IMG/VR virus record: IMGVR_UViG_3300030090_003481
Span: 31,092-95,091 of that record
DNA length: 64,000 nucleotides
From: a virus
Reading direction: 5' to 3' (one strand)
A model generated the notes under the pieces. That model did no database searches, was not told the origin of the DNA, and saw nothing but the letters and a program-made list of their open reading frames with translations. Shown here piece by piece: positions 46,692-55,429 of the stretch (the first letter of the stretch is position 1; each line of letters begins with the position of its first letter). The position numbers and the translations under genes are program-made.

Positions 46692-47888
46692 TTAAGGTTT
46701 TATTTGATCAATACTATCTACCCATTGTGTTTGGTAGTCCTTTTTAGTACGTTTGCGGACCCATTTTAATTCTTGAGATCCTTTAACATACATATTTATA
46801 TATATAGCTACTTTACCTTCCATTAGACGTAACGTTCTACCAGTTCTTTGTACGTTATCTAACGCCTTAGAACTACCAGCACAACATATACCTAACGAAC
46901 ATTCAGGGACATTAAAGCCAGCATTTAATGCTTTTACTGATGATATAACTCTCTTTTTCGTACGACCATCATCAAAAGTTTTAAGCGCAGCTTTTCTTTC
47001 TTTGGCGGTCATTTTAGAATGAAATGTTACACATTCATCTCCTAAAACTTCTTGTAACTCTTCTGCAAATATAATACTTTCACTGAAAACTAAAGTCTTT
47101 CTGTCAGAAAATTTATCAATAATTTCTTTAGTTAATTTAATTTTATTAACCGCATTAAAACAAATTTTCTTACGTTTTTGCATCATTACATAGAATATAT
47201 TAGCCCATTTACGTTTATCAGGATCATTCTTATCATTTCTGTATTTTGTAGCATTCTCAAATGCATTAAATATACCACCTAGATTAGCTTGTGCTGCAGT
47301 AAATAATTTATTTGCTTTGTTGTAATCAATCATTTCTTGAGGCGTAAATTCAACAGCTAAATTATATACTTTATAAGGAGAAACTAATCCTAAACTAAGC
47401 GCTTTATTTATATCTGTTGTTCTTACTATTGGTGCTATACTTTTTAAATACTTACGATACTCATCATTTTCTGGTGCCGTAGCTGTTAAACAATAAAGCT
47501 GGTACCATTGGTTGTTTTCATAGAACTTTCTATATTCAGGAGATAATGTAGTATGTACCTCATCAACTACAATAATATCCCAATAGTGACTTGTTAATTT
47601 ATAAGCTGATTGTATACACATAAATTGTACTCGTGATAATAAATGTGTTACATTCCAATTTTTAAACTCATCAAGCCATTCTCTATCTCTAAGATTTTCA
47701 GTTGGTACAATAACTAATGCAGATCTATCAGGATCATCTTCTAATAAATTTATTATTGCTAATAAACCCATACGAGTTTTACCTAAACCTGTTGCTGCTA
47801 TAGATGTACCTCTACAACCTTTTGATTTCCATGCTTTTAAATGTTCTTGTTGTTCTATATCTTTTTTCCTATTTAATTTATCTCCCAT
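46692..47888 (-). CDS. Superfamily 2 DExH helicase
   Basis: ATGLGKT, DEVH, TAT, NAGFNVP, QRTGRTLR. Confidence 0.9.
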   Translation of the reverse strand: MGDKLNRKKDIEQQEHLKAWKSKGCRGTSIAATGLGKTRMGLLAIINLLEDDPDRSALVIVPTENLRDREWLDEFKNWNVTHLLSRVQFMCIQSAYKLTSHYWDIIVVDEVHTTLSPEYRKFYENNQWYQLYCLTATAPENDEYRKYLKSIAPIVRTTDINKALSLGLVSPYKVYNLAVEFTPQEMIDYNKANKLFTAAQANLGGIFNAFENATKYRNDKNDPDKRKWANIFYVMMQKRKKICFNAVNKIKLTKEIIDKFSDRKTLVFSESIIFAEELQEVLGDECVTFHSKMTAKERKAALKTFDDGRTKKRVISSVKALNAGFNVPECSLGICCAGSSKALDNVQRTGRTLRLMEGKVAIYINMYVKGSQELKWVRKRTKKDYQTQWVDSIDQIKP

Positions 47889-48055
47889 TTTTCTATTTTT
47901 TTATATTTTACTACTATGTGTATATAATCTTTTTCTCTTTTTATAGGTAAAGCTAGCGGATAATGATCTTTTTCCATCATATCTACTAATCCTTCCGCGA
48001 TTCCCTCTATGTTAGAAGATTTAACAGCTGAAAATGATTGTACGTTATTAAACAC
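47873..48055 (-). CDS. Hypothetical protein
   Basis: 60-aa ORF overlapping both neighbours. Confidence 0.4.
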   Translation of the reverse strand: MFNNVQSFSAVKSSNIEGIAEGLVDMMEKDHYPLALPIKREKDYIHIVVKYKKIEKWEIN

Positions 48056-48341
48056 TTTTATTTTGCTCTAGCGCTATAATTAATAACATAAGATAACCTG
48101 TTAGATCTTGTAAAGAATCTTCTGTTTTATCGTATATTCCTTTATTTTTTAATCTATATATTTTATCATCTATTCTACAACATATACCAAATTGTTTTGC
48201 AGTCAATGTTTGTTTGTTTTGTTCTGTTGCGAATATTGCTTCTCCTTGTGTGGCAGAGTCACCATATGCTTCATTCTTTTCAAGCAATAAATTAGTCAGC
48301 TTCTCGCCAACTTGTTTAATTAAATAAGATGTCTTCATCAT
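48048..48341 (-). CDS. Nucleotide modification-associated domain (DUF1599/Nmad1-like, all-alpha)
   Basis: LLEKNEAYGDS...RIDDKIYRL...EDSLQDLTGY. Confidence 0.7.
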   Translation of the reverse strand: MMKTSYLIKQVGEKLTNLLLEKNEAYGDSATQGEAIFATEQNKQTLTAKQFGICCRIDDKIYRLKNKGIYDKTEDSLQDLTGYLMLLIIALEQNKSV

Positions 48342-48369
48342 TTATTCTTTATGGATTAAGTTAGTAATT

Positions 48370-48447
48370 AGAACTCGCCCAGGCGTGGTGGGGTATTAAG
48401 TACACTTGTGTCATAATACACACTTTACGCTCACTGGGGTCTGTTCT
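48370..48447 (-). ncRNA. GC-rich long imperfect hairpin downstream of polA
   Basis: Nested pairs AGAAC/GTTCT, CCCAG/CTGGG, GCGT/ACGC, GTATTA/TAATAC. Confidence 0.4.
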
Positions 48448-48453
48448 CTGTTA

Positions 48454-50352
48454 TTATTTACTCCATTTATCAGTTACAGAATAGTCGACAATCATGTCTA
48501 CAGATTTACATATTTCTGCACCTGCTTCCATCATTAAAGATTGTTGTATGTTTACCCACTCATCTATAAAATCTTCTTTAACTTCACAACCTATTTCATC
48601 ATGTACTTGTGTAACTAAACGTACTTTATCATGTAGATTGTCTTTGTTAATCTTTTTGAGTAGTAACGACAACGCTAATTTAATCATATCAGCACCGCTA
48701 CCCTGTATTGGAGTATTCTTAGAAGCTCGTTCTATTTCACCGAGTCTTTGGAATTTATGTTTTCTATCAAGAGTACTTAAATTTTTATGATCCTCAAACC
48801 ATCTAATTCTTCTAAAAGGTTTAAATGTTTTAATATGACCATATTTCTTGCCATAGTTACCTAATGCAGTAAGAAAAGATTTAATTTTAGGCAAAGCATT
48901 AAAGTATTTATCAATAAATTCTTTTGCTTTCTCTTCTGGTATGTCTAATGTATCAGCTAATTTAAAATAACTCATACCATATGCTAACCCAAAGTTTATA
49001 GTCTTAGCTACATCCCTATAAGATTTACCTTTTAAGAATTTAGGTTTACTTTTAACTTTAGATATATCTACATCAAATACCATAGAAGCTACTTTACCAT
49101 GTACATCTTCACCATTTCTAAATGCATTAAGCCACACAGGATCTTGTGATCCTTCAGCTATAAGCCTTAATTCCTGGCCTGAATAATCCATAGTGATTAT
49201 CTTCCAACCAGGTTCAGCCTGAAAACAATTACGATATTCCTCTCTTGCAGGTATATTTTGCATGTTAGGATAATCTTGATAAGAATATCTACCTTTCATT
49301 CCAGAAGATACACGGCCTGTGTTTAGTATTTGCCAAAACACAGTATGTACACGTTGTGTATGTTTATTTACATATCGTAAGAAATCTAAACCATATGTTG
49401 TAACTAGCTTAGCTTCTTTACGATAGTTTATAACAGTATCTATAATAGGATGTTGATTTCTCCTTTTATATAACTCACGTACACTTGTATCTGTTAATGT
49501 AGAGTCTAGCTCTTGTAATACATTCTTTACTTGAGCAAAGCTACTCCATTTAACATTTACTTCACGTTCTTTGCCGCCAAATAGATCTTTTTGTATACCA
49601 GGTAATTTAAATTTATGTAATTTAATATCATTGATAACTAATTGATCTAGTTCTTCTTCTTTTTCTACGGTAGAATTTACAGCGTTAATTGCTAGTTTAC
49701 GCCATTCTTCTTGATTTAAATATAAGCCATTATACTCGATCTCAGCAAATGCCAGTGTTGCTTTGTTCTCAAGTTGTATAACTTTTTCTAAATCTAGTTC
49801 TTTGATAATATCTTGCTGACATTTCATTATACGTACTAAATACTCAACGTCTTTAGCGCCATATAATATTTGTTCATTAGTATATGGTTCTCCACTTTGT
49901 AGTTTAGTAAATTGACTACGTGTCTCTTTATTTAATTCTACATGTAGATAACGTTTAACAGTATCTAATAAACTATAACCAGGTTTGATCTTACCACAAT
50001 GGATGACACACTCTGCAAGCATAGTATCCCATACGTTTCTTAGGCGTATACCAAAGTTTGAAAGCAGGAACTTATAATCAAACTTTATATTATGTCCTAG
50101 CAAAAGGTGGGTTTCAGACTCTAATATATGCTTCAGTGGGATTATGCTCACATAGCGTGTGTCTATTACAAATTGATTGTGTTCATCACCAATTTGTACC
50201 ATTATAACTTTATCTCCATTGTAATCAACTCCCGAAGTCTCAGTGTCAATTCCAATGAATTTTTTATTTTGACAGTAATTAATAACATCATCTATTGATG
50301 CAGGTTTACAATCACAATCAATAAGAGGAGAATTACCTACGAAGTAAATCAT
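48454..50352 (-). CDS. polA: Family A DNA polymerase with 3'-5' exonuclease
   Basis: ExoI DTET, ExoII HNIKFD, ExoIII YGAKD; motif A DYSGQELR, motif B RDVAKTINFGLAYG, motif C VHDE. Confidence 0.95.
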   Translation of the reverse strand: MIYFVGNSPLIDCDCKPASIDDVINYCQNKKFIGIDTETSGVDYNGDKVIMVQIGDEHNQFVIDTRYVSIIPLKHILESETHLLLGHNIKFDYKFLLSNFGIRLRNVWDTMLAECVIHCGKIKPGYSLLDTVKRYLHVELNKETRSQFTKLQSGEPYTNEQILYGAKDVEYLVRIMKCQQDIIKELDLEKVIQLENKATLAFAEIEYNGLYLNQEEWRKLAINAVNSTVEKEEELDQLVINDIKLHKFKLPGIQKDLFGGKEREVNVKWSSFAQVKNVLQELDSTLTDTSVRELYKRRNQHPIIDTVINYRKEAKLVTTYGLDFLRYVNKHTQRVHTVFWQILNTGRVSSGMKGRYSYQDYPNMQNIPAREEYRNCFQAEPGWKIITMDYSGQELRLIAEGSQDPVWLNAFRNGEDVHGKVASMVFDVDISKVKSKPKFLKGKSYRDVAKTINFGLAYGMSYFKLADTLDIPEEKAKEFIDKYFNALPKIKSFLTALGNYGKKYGHIKTFKPFRRIRWFEDHKNLSTLDRKHKFQRLGEIERASKNTPIQGSGADMIKLALSLLLKKINKDNLHDKVRLVTQVHDEIGCEVKEDFIDEWVNIQQSLMMEAGAEICKSVDMIVDYSVTDKWSK

Positions 50353-50533
50353 CAGTTGTTCTATTATACATATCTAAATAACTAACAATAGCTTTCGCTT
50401 TGTCTAATTCTATCTCTTGTCCTCTATACTGTATAGATTCTTTCTGATTTTTATCAGCTTTATCCACTATTTTAGCGAATAGTTTATCATCACCAAGTAT
50501 TGATACTTGGTATACAAATTTCATCCATGCCAT
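50333..50533 (-). CDS. Hypothetical protein
   Basis: 66-aa ORF in operon. Confidence 0.5.
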   Translation of the reverse strand: MAWMKFVYQVSILGDDKLFAKIVDKADKNQKESIQYRGQEIELDKAKAIVSYLDMYNRTTDDLLRR

Positions 50534-50535
50534 AT

Positions 50536-51069
50536 TTATATATTATAAAAGTTAGTAAATGTACCCTCCATTCTAGCTTTTTTCAACTCATCTTTGCTTG
50601 GTGAAAAAGTATTGTCAGGTGTTATTTTCCATGTACGCTTTTCTGCATTATATTCTTTAATAAAACAGATAGCATATTGATCTACTTTGTAACCTTCAAA
50701 ACATAAAAATAAAACTTCTTTTCTTTGGTCTGGTGGTAACTGTGATGGTCTAGGTAAATTATCAGGATCTACGTTCATTGCGTCTGCTGATGCTGCATAA
50801 CCTTCTGTTATAAAACACATTACAGATGCTTCTGACATTTCAATCATGTCTCTACATATTTCTGCTGCCAAATCTTTTCCTTTTTGGCTACTAAATAGTT
50901 CACTTGGTAATGGTACTATTTTATTTGTTTTATTAAACGCTTTCAGAAATAATGTAGGCCCGAAACAATACTCAGCATCATGCTTACCATGTTCTTTTAT
51001 GTTGTTTGTTACAAAATTTATTACTCTCAATTTAAATTCATCATATTCTTCTTGTGTTATTTTATTCAT
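50536..51069 (-). CDS. Hypothetical protein
   Basis: 177 aa; FITEGY...PS..P..RKEVL pattern. Confidence 0.55.
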   Translation of the reverse strand: MNKITQEEYDEFKLRVINFVTNNIKEHGKHDAEYCFGPTLFLKAFNKTNKIVPLPSELFSSQKGKDLAAEICRDMIEMSEASVMCFITEGYAASADAMNVDPDNLPRPSQLPPDQRKEVLFLCFEGYKVDQYAICFIKEYNAEKRTWKITPDNTFSPSKDELKKARMEGTFTNFYNI

Positions 51070-51088
51070 TTTTTATTTTATTACATAG

Positions 51089-51385
51089 TTAAACATCAGA
51101 TTCAGAGTTGTTGTCTGAATCCATTTTATTTTGTTTAGCTGCATGTTCTCGTAATTTATCATATATTTCATTTTCTCTCCCTTTATATTCTTTTAAATAT
51201 CTACCTAATATACCACTATGCCAGATTACTTTACCTTTTAACTTCTGTTTTTCTAAAGCTTTGAGTAATTTACGTCTTTCTTTATACTCTTCAAAATCTT
51301 CGCCTTCAAGGCGTGCAGGTGAGCCAGAAAATCTGAATTCTTTCTTTATAGGTTCTTCTTGTTTATCTTCTTTCTTTTTTGCCAT
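51089..51385 (-). CDS. Hypothetical basic protein
   Basis: PARLEGEDFEEYKERRK motif. Confidence 0.55.
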   Translation of the reverse strand: MAKKKEDKQEEPIKKEFRFSGSPARLEGEDFEEYKERRKLLKALEKQKLKGKVIWHSGILGRYLKEYKGRENEIYDKLREHAAKQNKMDSDNNSESDV

Positions 51386-51680
51386 TTTGTGTTTTTAAAA
51401 TTTCAAATAAATATTCATTATTATTATGAGATAAACTAGGGTATATTCCTAATATTTTAACTTTACCAAAGTCAGATAATGTTATATATGATCCAATTGC
51501 TACTGTAGGACCGCAACTAAATTGAACAGAGTTAATGTACAGTTCTTTATTTTCTTTTTTGGTTCCTAATATTATATCACATTCATCACATGACATAGAT
51601 ATTATATTACCTTCATTAAGTAATTTTAATAAACGTGTGTCACCACATTTATTCTTTAATTTCCTTATTCTTTTGTACAT
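51363..51680 (-). CDS. Hypothetical protein
   Basis: 105-aa ORF overlapping its neighbours. Confidence 0.45.
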   Translation of the reverse strand: MYKRIRKLKNKCGDTRLLKLLNEGNIISMSCDECDIILGTKKENKELYINSVQFSCGPTVAIGSYITLSDFGKVKILGIYPSLSHNNNEYLFEILKTQNGKKERR

Positions 51681-51870
51681 TTTTTACTCTTTGTGCATTC
51701 TTAAATCTTCTATCTAGTTCTTCTTCTATTGTTAAACGAATAGTAGAGTCTGTGACTCCAAATTTCTCTCGCATATGTTTATAGCCATTAGCATGAGGAT
51801 TATTAAAATAATAATCTATTATATACGGTTTTATTTCCGCTATTTCTTTTGCTCTTTTTGTCTGTCCCAT
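51649..51870 (-). CDS. Small putative HTH protein
   Basis: GYKHMREKFGVTDSTIRLTI is HTH-like. Confidence 0.45.
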   Translation of the reverse strand: MGQTKRAKEIAEIKPYIIDYYFNNPHANGYKHMREKFGVTDSTIRLTIEEELDRRFKNAQRVKNVQKNKEIKE

Positions 51871-51882
51871 AATTATGCAATT

Positions 51883-52227
51883 TTAAACAATATAATTTGA
51901 ATTACCAAATAAATTATCAAAATCTTTACCATTGTTGATATTTTTTGATATTGTAGATGCTTTCTTTTGTCTTTTATTGTAAGACTTACCTCTAAGTTCA
52001 GGATGTTCTTCCTGTAATTTACGTTTAGCACGTGTAGCACTGTCCCATGATGTTAATTTATTATTCTTCAGTAATGTCAGTGGGTTTACTTGTACACCAC
52101 CAGCATTTATAATAAATTTATCAAGTTCATGTTGCCAAATAATACTCATTAATGCTTCGTTACTGTCCTGAGTTTCAGGATGACTCATTAAATATAATTT
52201 TATTCTATCTTTTAACTTGCTAGCCAT
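51883..52227 (-). CDS. Hypothetical protein
   Basis: P..QDSNE.L...IW; SATRAKRKLQEEHPELRG. Confidence 0.55.
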   Translation of the reverse strand: MASKLKDRIKLYLMSHPETQDSNEALMSIIWQHELDKFIINAGGVQVNPLTLLKNNKLTSWDSATRAKRKLQEEHPELRGKSYNKRQKKASTISKNINNGKDFDNLFGNSNYIV

Positions 52228-52436
52228 GCTCTTACTTCGTCTCTATGTGTTATTACTATTTCATTTGAACCACCAGTAGGATCTTCAACAGTACGAACAT
52301 TAACTTTTGTACCTATAATTCTGCCAGTTTCTTCATTATAGTTCTTAACTTTAACATTCATAACAGTATGCCTACCCTCAGTATCTTTATCAGATACAAT
52401 TTGGACTATTTGTCCTATTTCTACATTCTTTCGCAT
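52212..52436 (-). CDS. Hypothetical protein (SH3/KOW-like beta pattern)
   Basis: VEIGQIVQIV... 74 aa. Confidence 0.4.
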   Translation of the reverse strand: MRKNVEIGQIVQIVSDKDTEGRHTVMNVKVKNYNEETGRIIGTKVNVRTVEDPTGGSNEIVITHRDEVRAWLAS

Positions 52437-52882
52437 ATCTTTTTTGCTTTAATGTCCAATTTAGATTTAAACTCTTTTACTACTTCTATTATACGTGATA
52501 ATAATGTAATAAATGCTTCATTATCTAGATCATCTAGTTTAACAAATAGTTCTTCCCATTCTTTTTCATTTTCTCTATTCTCTTCTATTTTATCTTGTAT
52601 ACTATCTAGATTACGAGCAAACTCATCAGGTGTGCCAGAACTTGTGAGTAAATCTAATAAATCTCTTGGATTGTTATTAATTCTTTTAGTTGCTATTTTC
52701 TTTTTAACTCTAAACTCTATTTTAGTGCTTGCCAGAACATTTTCATCGTTTAAAGCTGCCAGTGCCATAGTAGATAGTTTCTTAATATATCTATTATATG
52801 CTTTGTTTTTATCACTGTGCTCTTTTAGCACGTCTATTATTTTATCTATTTTGAGATAATTATCATTCTTATTGTTATTCAT
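52421..52882 (-). CDS. Hypothetical helical protein
   Basis: 153 aa, coiled-coil-like. Confidence 0.5.
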   Translation of the reverse strand: MNNNKNDNYLKIDKIIDVLKEHSDKNKAYNRYIKKLSTMALAALNDENVLASTKIEFRVKKKIATKRINNNPRDLLDLLTSSGTPDEFARNLDSIQDKIEENRENEKEWEELFVKLDDLDNEAFITLLSRIIEVVKEFKSKLDIKAKKICERM

Positions 52883-52908
52883 AATACTGTGGATTATTAA
52901 ATTATAAT

Positions 52909-53160
52909 TTATCTATTTAATATTAATGCTTTATTAGCATAATAATGCTCAGATTTTTCAAGTGACGTCTTTAATTTATTGTCTCTTACATCATCAAAAG
53001 ATATTCTTTTATATATTTCTACATATGATTTGTCATCATATAAACATTTACCCACTTTATTATATGTATACTTAAGTCCATCTTTAGTATAAGCTACATT
53101 TAATAATCTCTTTGTCTTCTTATCTCTTAACGAATATAAATTAGAAGTCATGTTTTCCAT
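52909..53160 (-). CDS. Hypothetical protein
   Basis: 83-aa ORF in the early block. Confidence 0.45.
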   Translation of the reverse strand: MENMTSNLYSLRDKKTKRLLNVAYTKDGLKYTYNKVGKCLYDDKSYVEIYKRISFDDVRDNKLKTSLEKSEHYYANKALILNR

Positions 53161-53530
53161 CTTTCATTGTTCGCATAAATCCTTCTATATTAATACCAGT
53201 TTTAGTTGACTTACCTTCTTTTACTAATGATTTAAGACGATCTAGATCTTTATCTATTTGATCTTCACTATGTTGTTCGTTTAGTGTATCTCTTTTGTCT
53301 AAATAATCACACACTCCCCATGCCATACCTAATAAAAAACTTTCTTCTAATGTTAAACCACCTAATTCATTTTGCAATGCATCAATTGCTTGTGTTTTCT
53401 TTAATGTAAGTTTACTCCTGTGATGTTTATAAACTGCATCTCTCATTTGTATAAATCTTTCTGAAGATACATTGAAACAATCACAAAATGCTCTTCCATC
53501 GTGATTTAATTGTAATTTGTATTTTGCCAT
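53141..53530 (-). CDS. Hypothetical protein
   Basis: 129-aa ORF with A-rich leader. Confidence 0.5.
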   Translation of the reverse strand: MAKYKLQLNHDGRAFCDCFNVSSERFIQMRDAVYKHHRSKLTLKKTQAIDALQNELGGLTLEESFLLGMAWGVCDYLDKRDTLNEQHSEDQIDKDLDRLKSLVKEGKSTKTGINIEGFMRTMKDGKHDF

Positions 53531-53583
53531 ATTTTATTGTTTTTAAATATAATTAAATTTATTCAATTTACCAAATAAAGTAT

Positions 53584-53632
53584 AAAAAAATGAAGAAGAA
53601 TAAGATATAGATTGACTATATCTTAAACTTCA
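53584..53632 (-). terminator. Intrinsic terminator after 53664-54158
   Basis: 10-bp stem TAAGATATAG/CTATATCTTA, extended by TGAAG/CTTCA, followed on the - strand by a U-run (A-run 53584-53590). Confidence 0.55.
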
Positions 53633-53663
53633 ACATTTTAACATACGATTATGGTCGTTTTGT

Positions 53664-54158
53664 TTATTGTACTGGTACTTCAGGTGCTTCGTCAGTCACA
53701 GGAGCATCAATGGTGTTTACCTCGTCAACATACTCTTCCTCAGTTTCCATTAAATCGTGCCCTTGTTGTCTGAATACAGTTGTAACACTTTCACCTTTCA
53801 ATACTACACATGAATAGATATTTACATTGTTATCTCCTACTTGATATTCCTCTACCTCTCTTGTAACTATCTCTCCTGGTATTTCTTTACCTATCCATTT
53901 ATTTAACTTGGATGGTCTACCTGATTTCCATACTGGATTACCAGTTGAGTCCATAGATTGTGATACAACTCTATATCTCTCAGTTCCAAATGGGTTATCA
54001 GGATCATTGAATACAGCGATGTAATATTTTCTACCGTCTTCTGATACATTTATTTTACCGTTGATACCTTGTGGGTAATCTTCTACTGTTGCGTCTGGAT
54101 TACCAGACAATCTCATGTCTTCTAGTAAGACTTTTGAGTTAGGATTAATTAAATTCAT
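53664..54158 (-). CDS. Candidate ssDNA/RNA-binding OB-fold protein with acidic tail
   Basis: Beta-rich with aromatic residues (DGRKYYIAVF, IPGEIVTREV..Y, YSCVVL); acidic C-terminal tail. Confidence 0.45.
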   Translation of the reverse strand: MNLINPNSKVLLEDMRLSGNPDATVEDYPQGINGKINVSEDGRKYYIAVFNDPDNPFGTERYRVVSQSMDSTGNPVWKSGRPSKLNKWIGKEIPGEIVTREVEEYQVGDNNVNIYSCVVLKGESVTTVFRQQGHDLMETEEEYVDEVNTIDAPVTDEAPEVPVQ

Positions 54159-54198
54159 TTCTTTAATTTTAAATTGTTAAACATTTTAGTTGTGTTGT

Positions 54199-54240
54199 TG
54201 ACTGTTATTGCCAGAATCAACCCACAGTCAGATTGGGTTG
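54199..54240 (-). promoter_or_regulatory. H-type RNA pseudoknot in the 5' leader of 53664-54158
   Basis: - strand CAACCCA-AUC-UGACUG-U-GGGUUG-12nt-ACAGUCA gives two crossing 6-7 bp Watson-Crick stems. Confidence 0.55.
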
Positions 54241-54242
54241 TT

Positions 54243-54503
54243 TTATTGTGTGTCAGAGTTGTCTGTTACTTGCTGTAACTTAGTCTCGACAGTGTTCAAA
54301 TCCTCTTTGAGGACTTCAATTGTATTGAAACAGTGATATACTGTCTCTATGATATGTTCACGGGTCATTTTAACCAGTTTCATACCATGTGGAGAATAAT
54401 CGTTAGTGTAGAATGACCTCCACTTTCTTGTTTCTCCCAGTTCTTGACCAATCTCTTCTTTGAGTTTGATCGATTCATGAAAATCTAAATTGTCTTCATT
54501 CAT
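54243..54503 (-). CDS. Hypothetical protein
   Basis: 86-aa ORF. Confidence 0.5.
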   Translation of the reverse strand: MNEDNLDFHESIKLKEEIGQELGETRKWRSFYTNDYSPHGMKLVKMTREHIIETVYHCFNTIEVLKEDLNTVETKLQQVTDNSDTQ

Positions 54504-54517
54504 ATCTTTAATAATAA

Positions 54518-54546
54518 TGAACAGTTTGAATACATGTTCAGGTATT
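54518..54546 (-). promoter_or_regulatory. Compact H-type pseudoknot upstream of 54243-54503
   Basis: - strand AAUAC-C-UGAACA-U-GUAUU-CAAAC-UGUUCA. Confidence 0.5.
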
Positions 54547-54551
54547 GTGTT

Positions 54552-54836
54552 TTAATCTCTTGGAAAGACTTTAACTGTTAATTCTTTCCCACCTTTTGGT
54601 AAAGGTTGAGAATGATAAACATGATAAGGACCTTGTCCAACATATCTTTTTAGTTTATCAGTGTAATGTTTTAATTCATCTAGTTTCTCAGATGTACATG
54701 GAGCTTTATCTCCTTGTTTATGACATGCATCTACTAGTTGTAATATATCATCTATTGTATCTAAATGAAATCCAACATGATCAAAATCAGTTGGTCCTTC
54801 TGTATCAAATGATGTAAATTGTTTTTCTTTGGTCAT
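54552..54836 (-). CDS. Hypothetical protein
   Basis: 94-aa ORF. Confidence 0.45.
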   Translation of the reverse strand: MTKEKQFTSFDTEGPTDFDHVGFHLDTIDDILQLVDACHKQGDKAPCTSEKLDELKHYTDKLKRYVGQGPYHVYHSQPLPKGGKELTVKVFPRD

Positions 54837-54982
54837 TTGTTTACCTAATTGGTATTTAAATTAATTATTCAATTTAGTTTTATTATACCAAGACCACGAC
54901 ACAGACTATCTCTAGTCTGGTCGTAATACTTGTTGTTAGTCTTGGTCTCCCACTCATCCACAGTGTACAACAGAAGTTGTGT

Positions 54983-55429
54983 CTAATCTTCCCATAATCT
55001 TTGTTGTTTCTTTAACATTTGGAATGTTTGTTCTCCCTCATTTAAAGATTTTTGTTCTCCTTCTAGTTGTAGTGCTTTGAGTCGTCTTGTCAATATCATA
55101 CACTCTTGCTTTAATTGTGTAAATATTGATCGTTGTAAACTATAAAAGTTAATTACATTAGAATACTTAATCCTATGTGTCATATTAATGTAACATTGAC
55201 CTTTACTATTTCTAAACTGATGACACCAAGTGTTCTGAGACTCTTGTTTTTCTGTAATTAGTTTAGATGATTTACGACAATTCGTTACGTTATCGAATAA
55301 ATTAGATGGTATTCTAATTGTATAACCAAATACAATAGAGTTCTCATCAAATTTCAAATCCAGTGCCTTTTGTTTTACGTGGATAGGCCCTGATATTTCT
55401 TCTCTCCACAGTTTACTGTTTGTTGACAT
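54983..55429 (-). CDS. Hypothetical protein
   Basis: 148-aa ORF in the early block. Confidence 0.45.
   Translation of the reverse strand: MSTNSKLWREEISGPIHVKQKALDLKFDENSIVFGYTIRIPSNLFDNVTNCRKSSKLITEKQESQNTWCHQFRNSKGQCYINMTHRIKYSNVINFYSLQRSIFTQLKQECMILTRRLKALQLEGEQKSLNEGEQTFQMLKKQQRLWED

Noticed and set aside
38693-54817. + strand ORFs inside the leftward block (e.g. 48494-48790, 51108-51398, 52368-52859, 44470-44658)
   Set aside because: They are antisense shadows of well-supported - strand genes.
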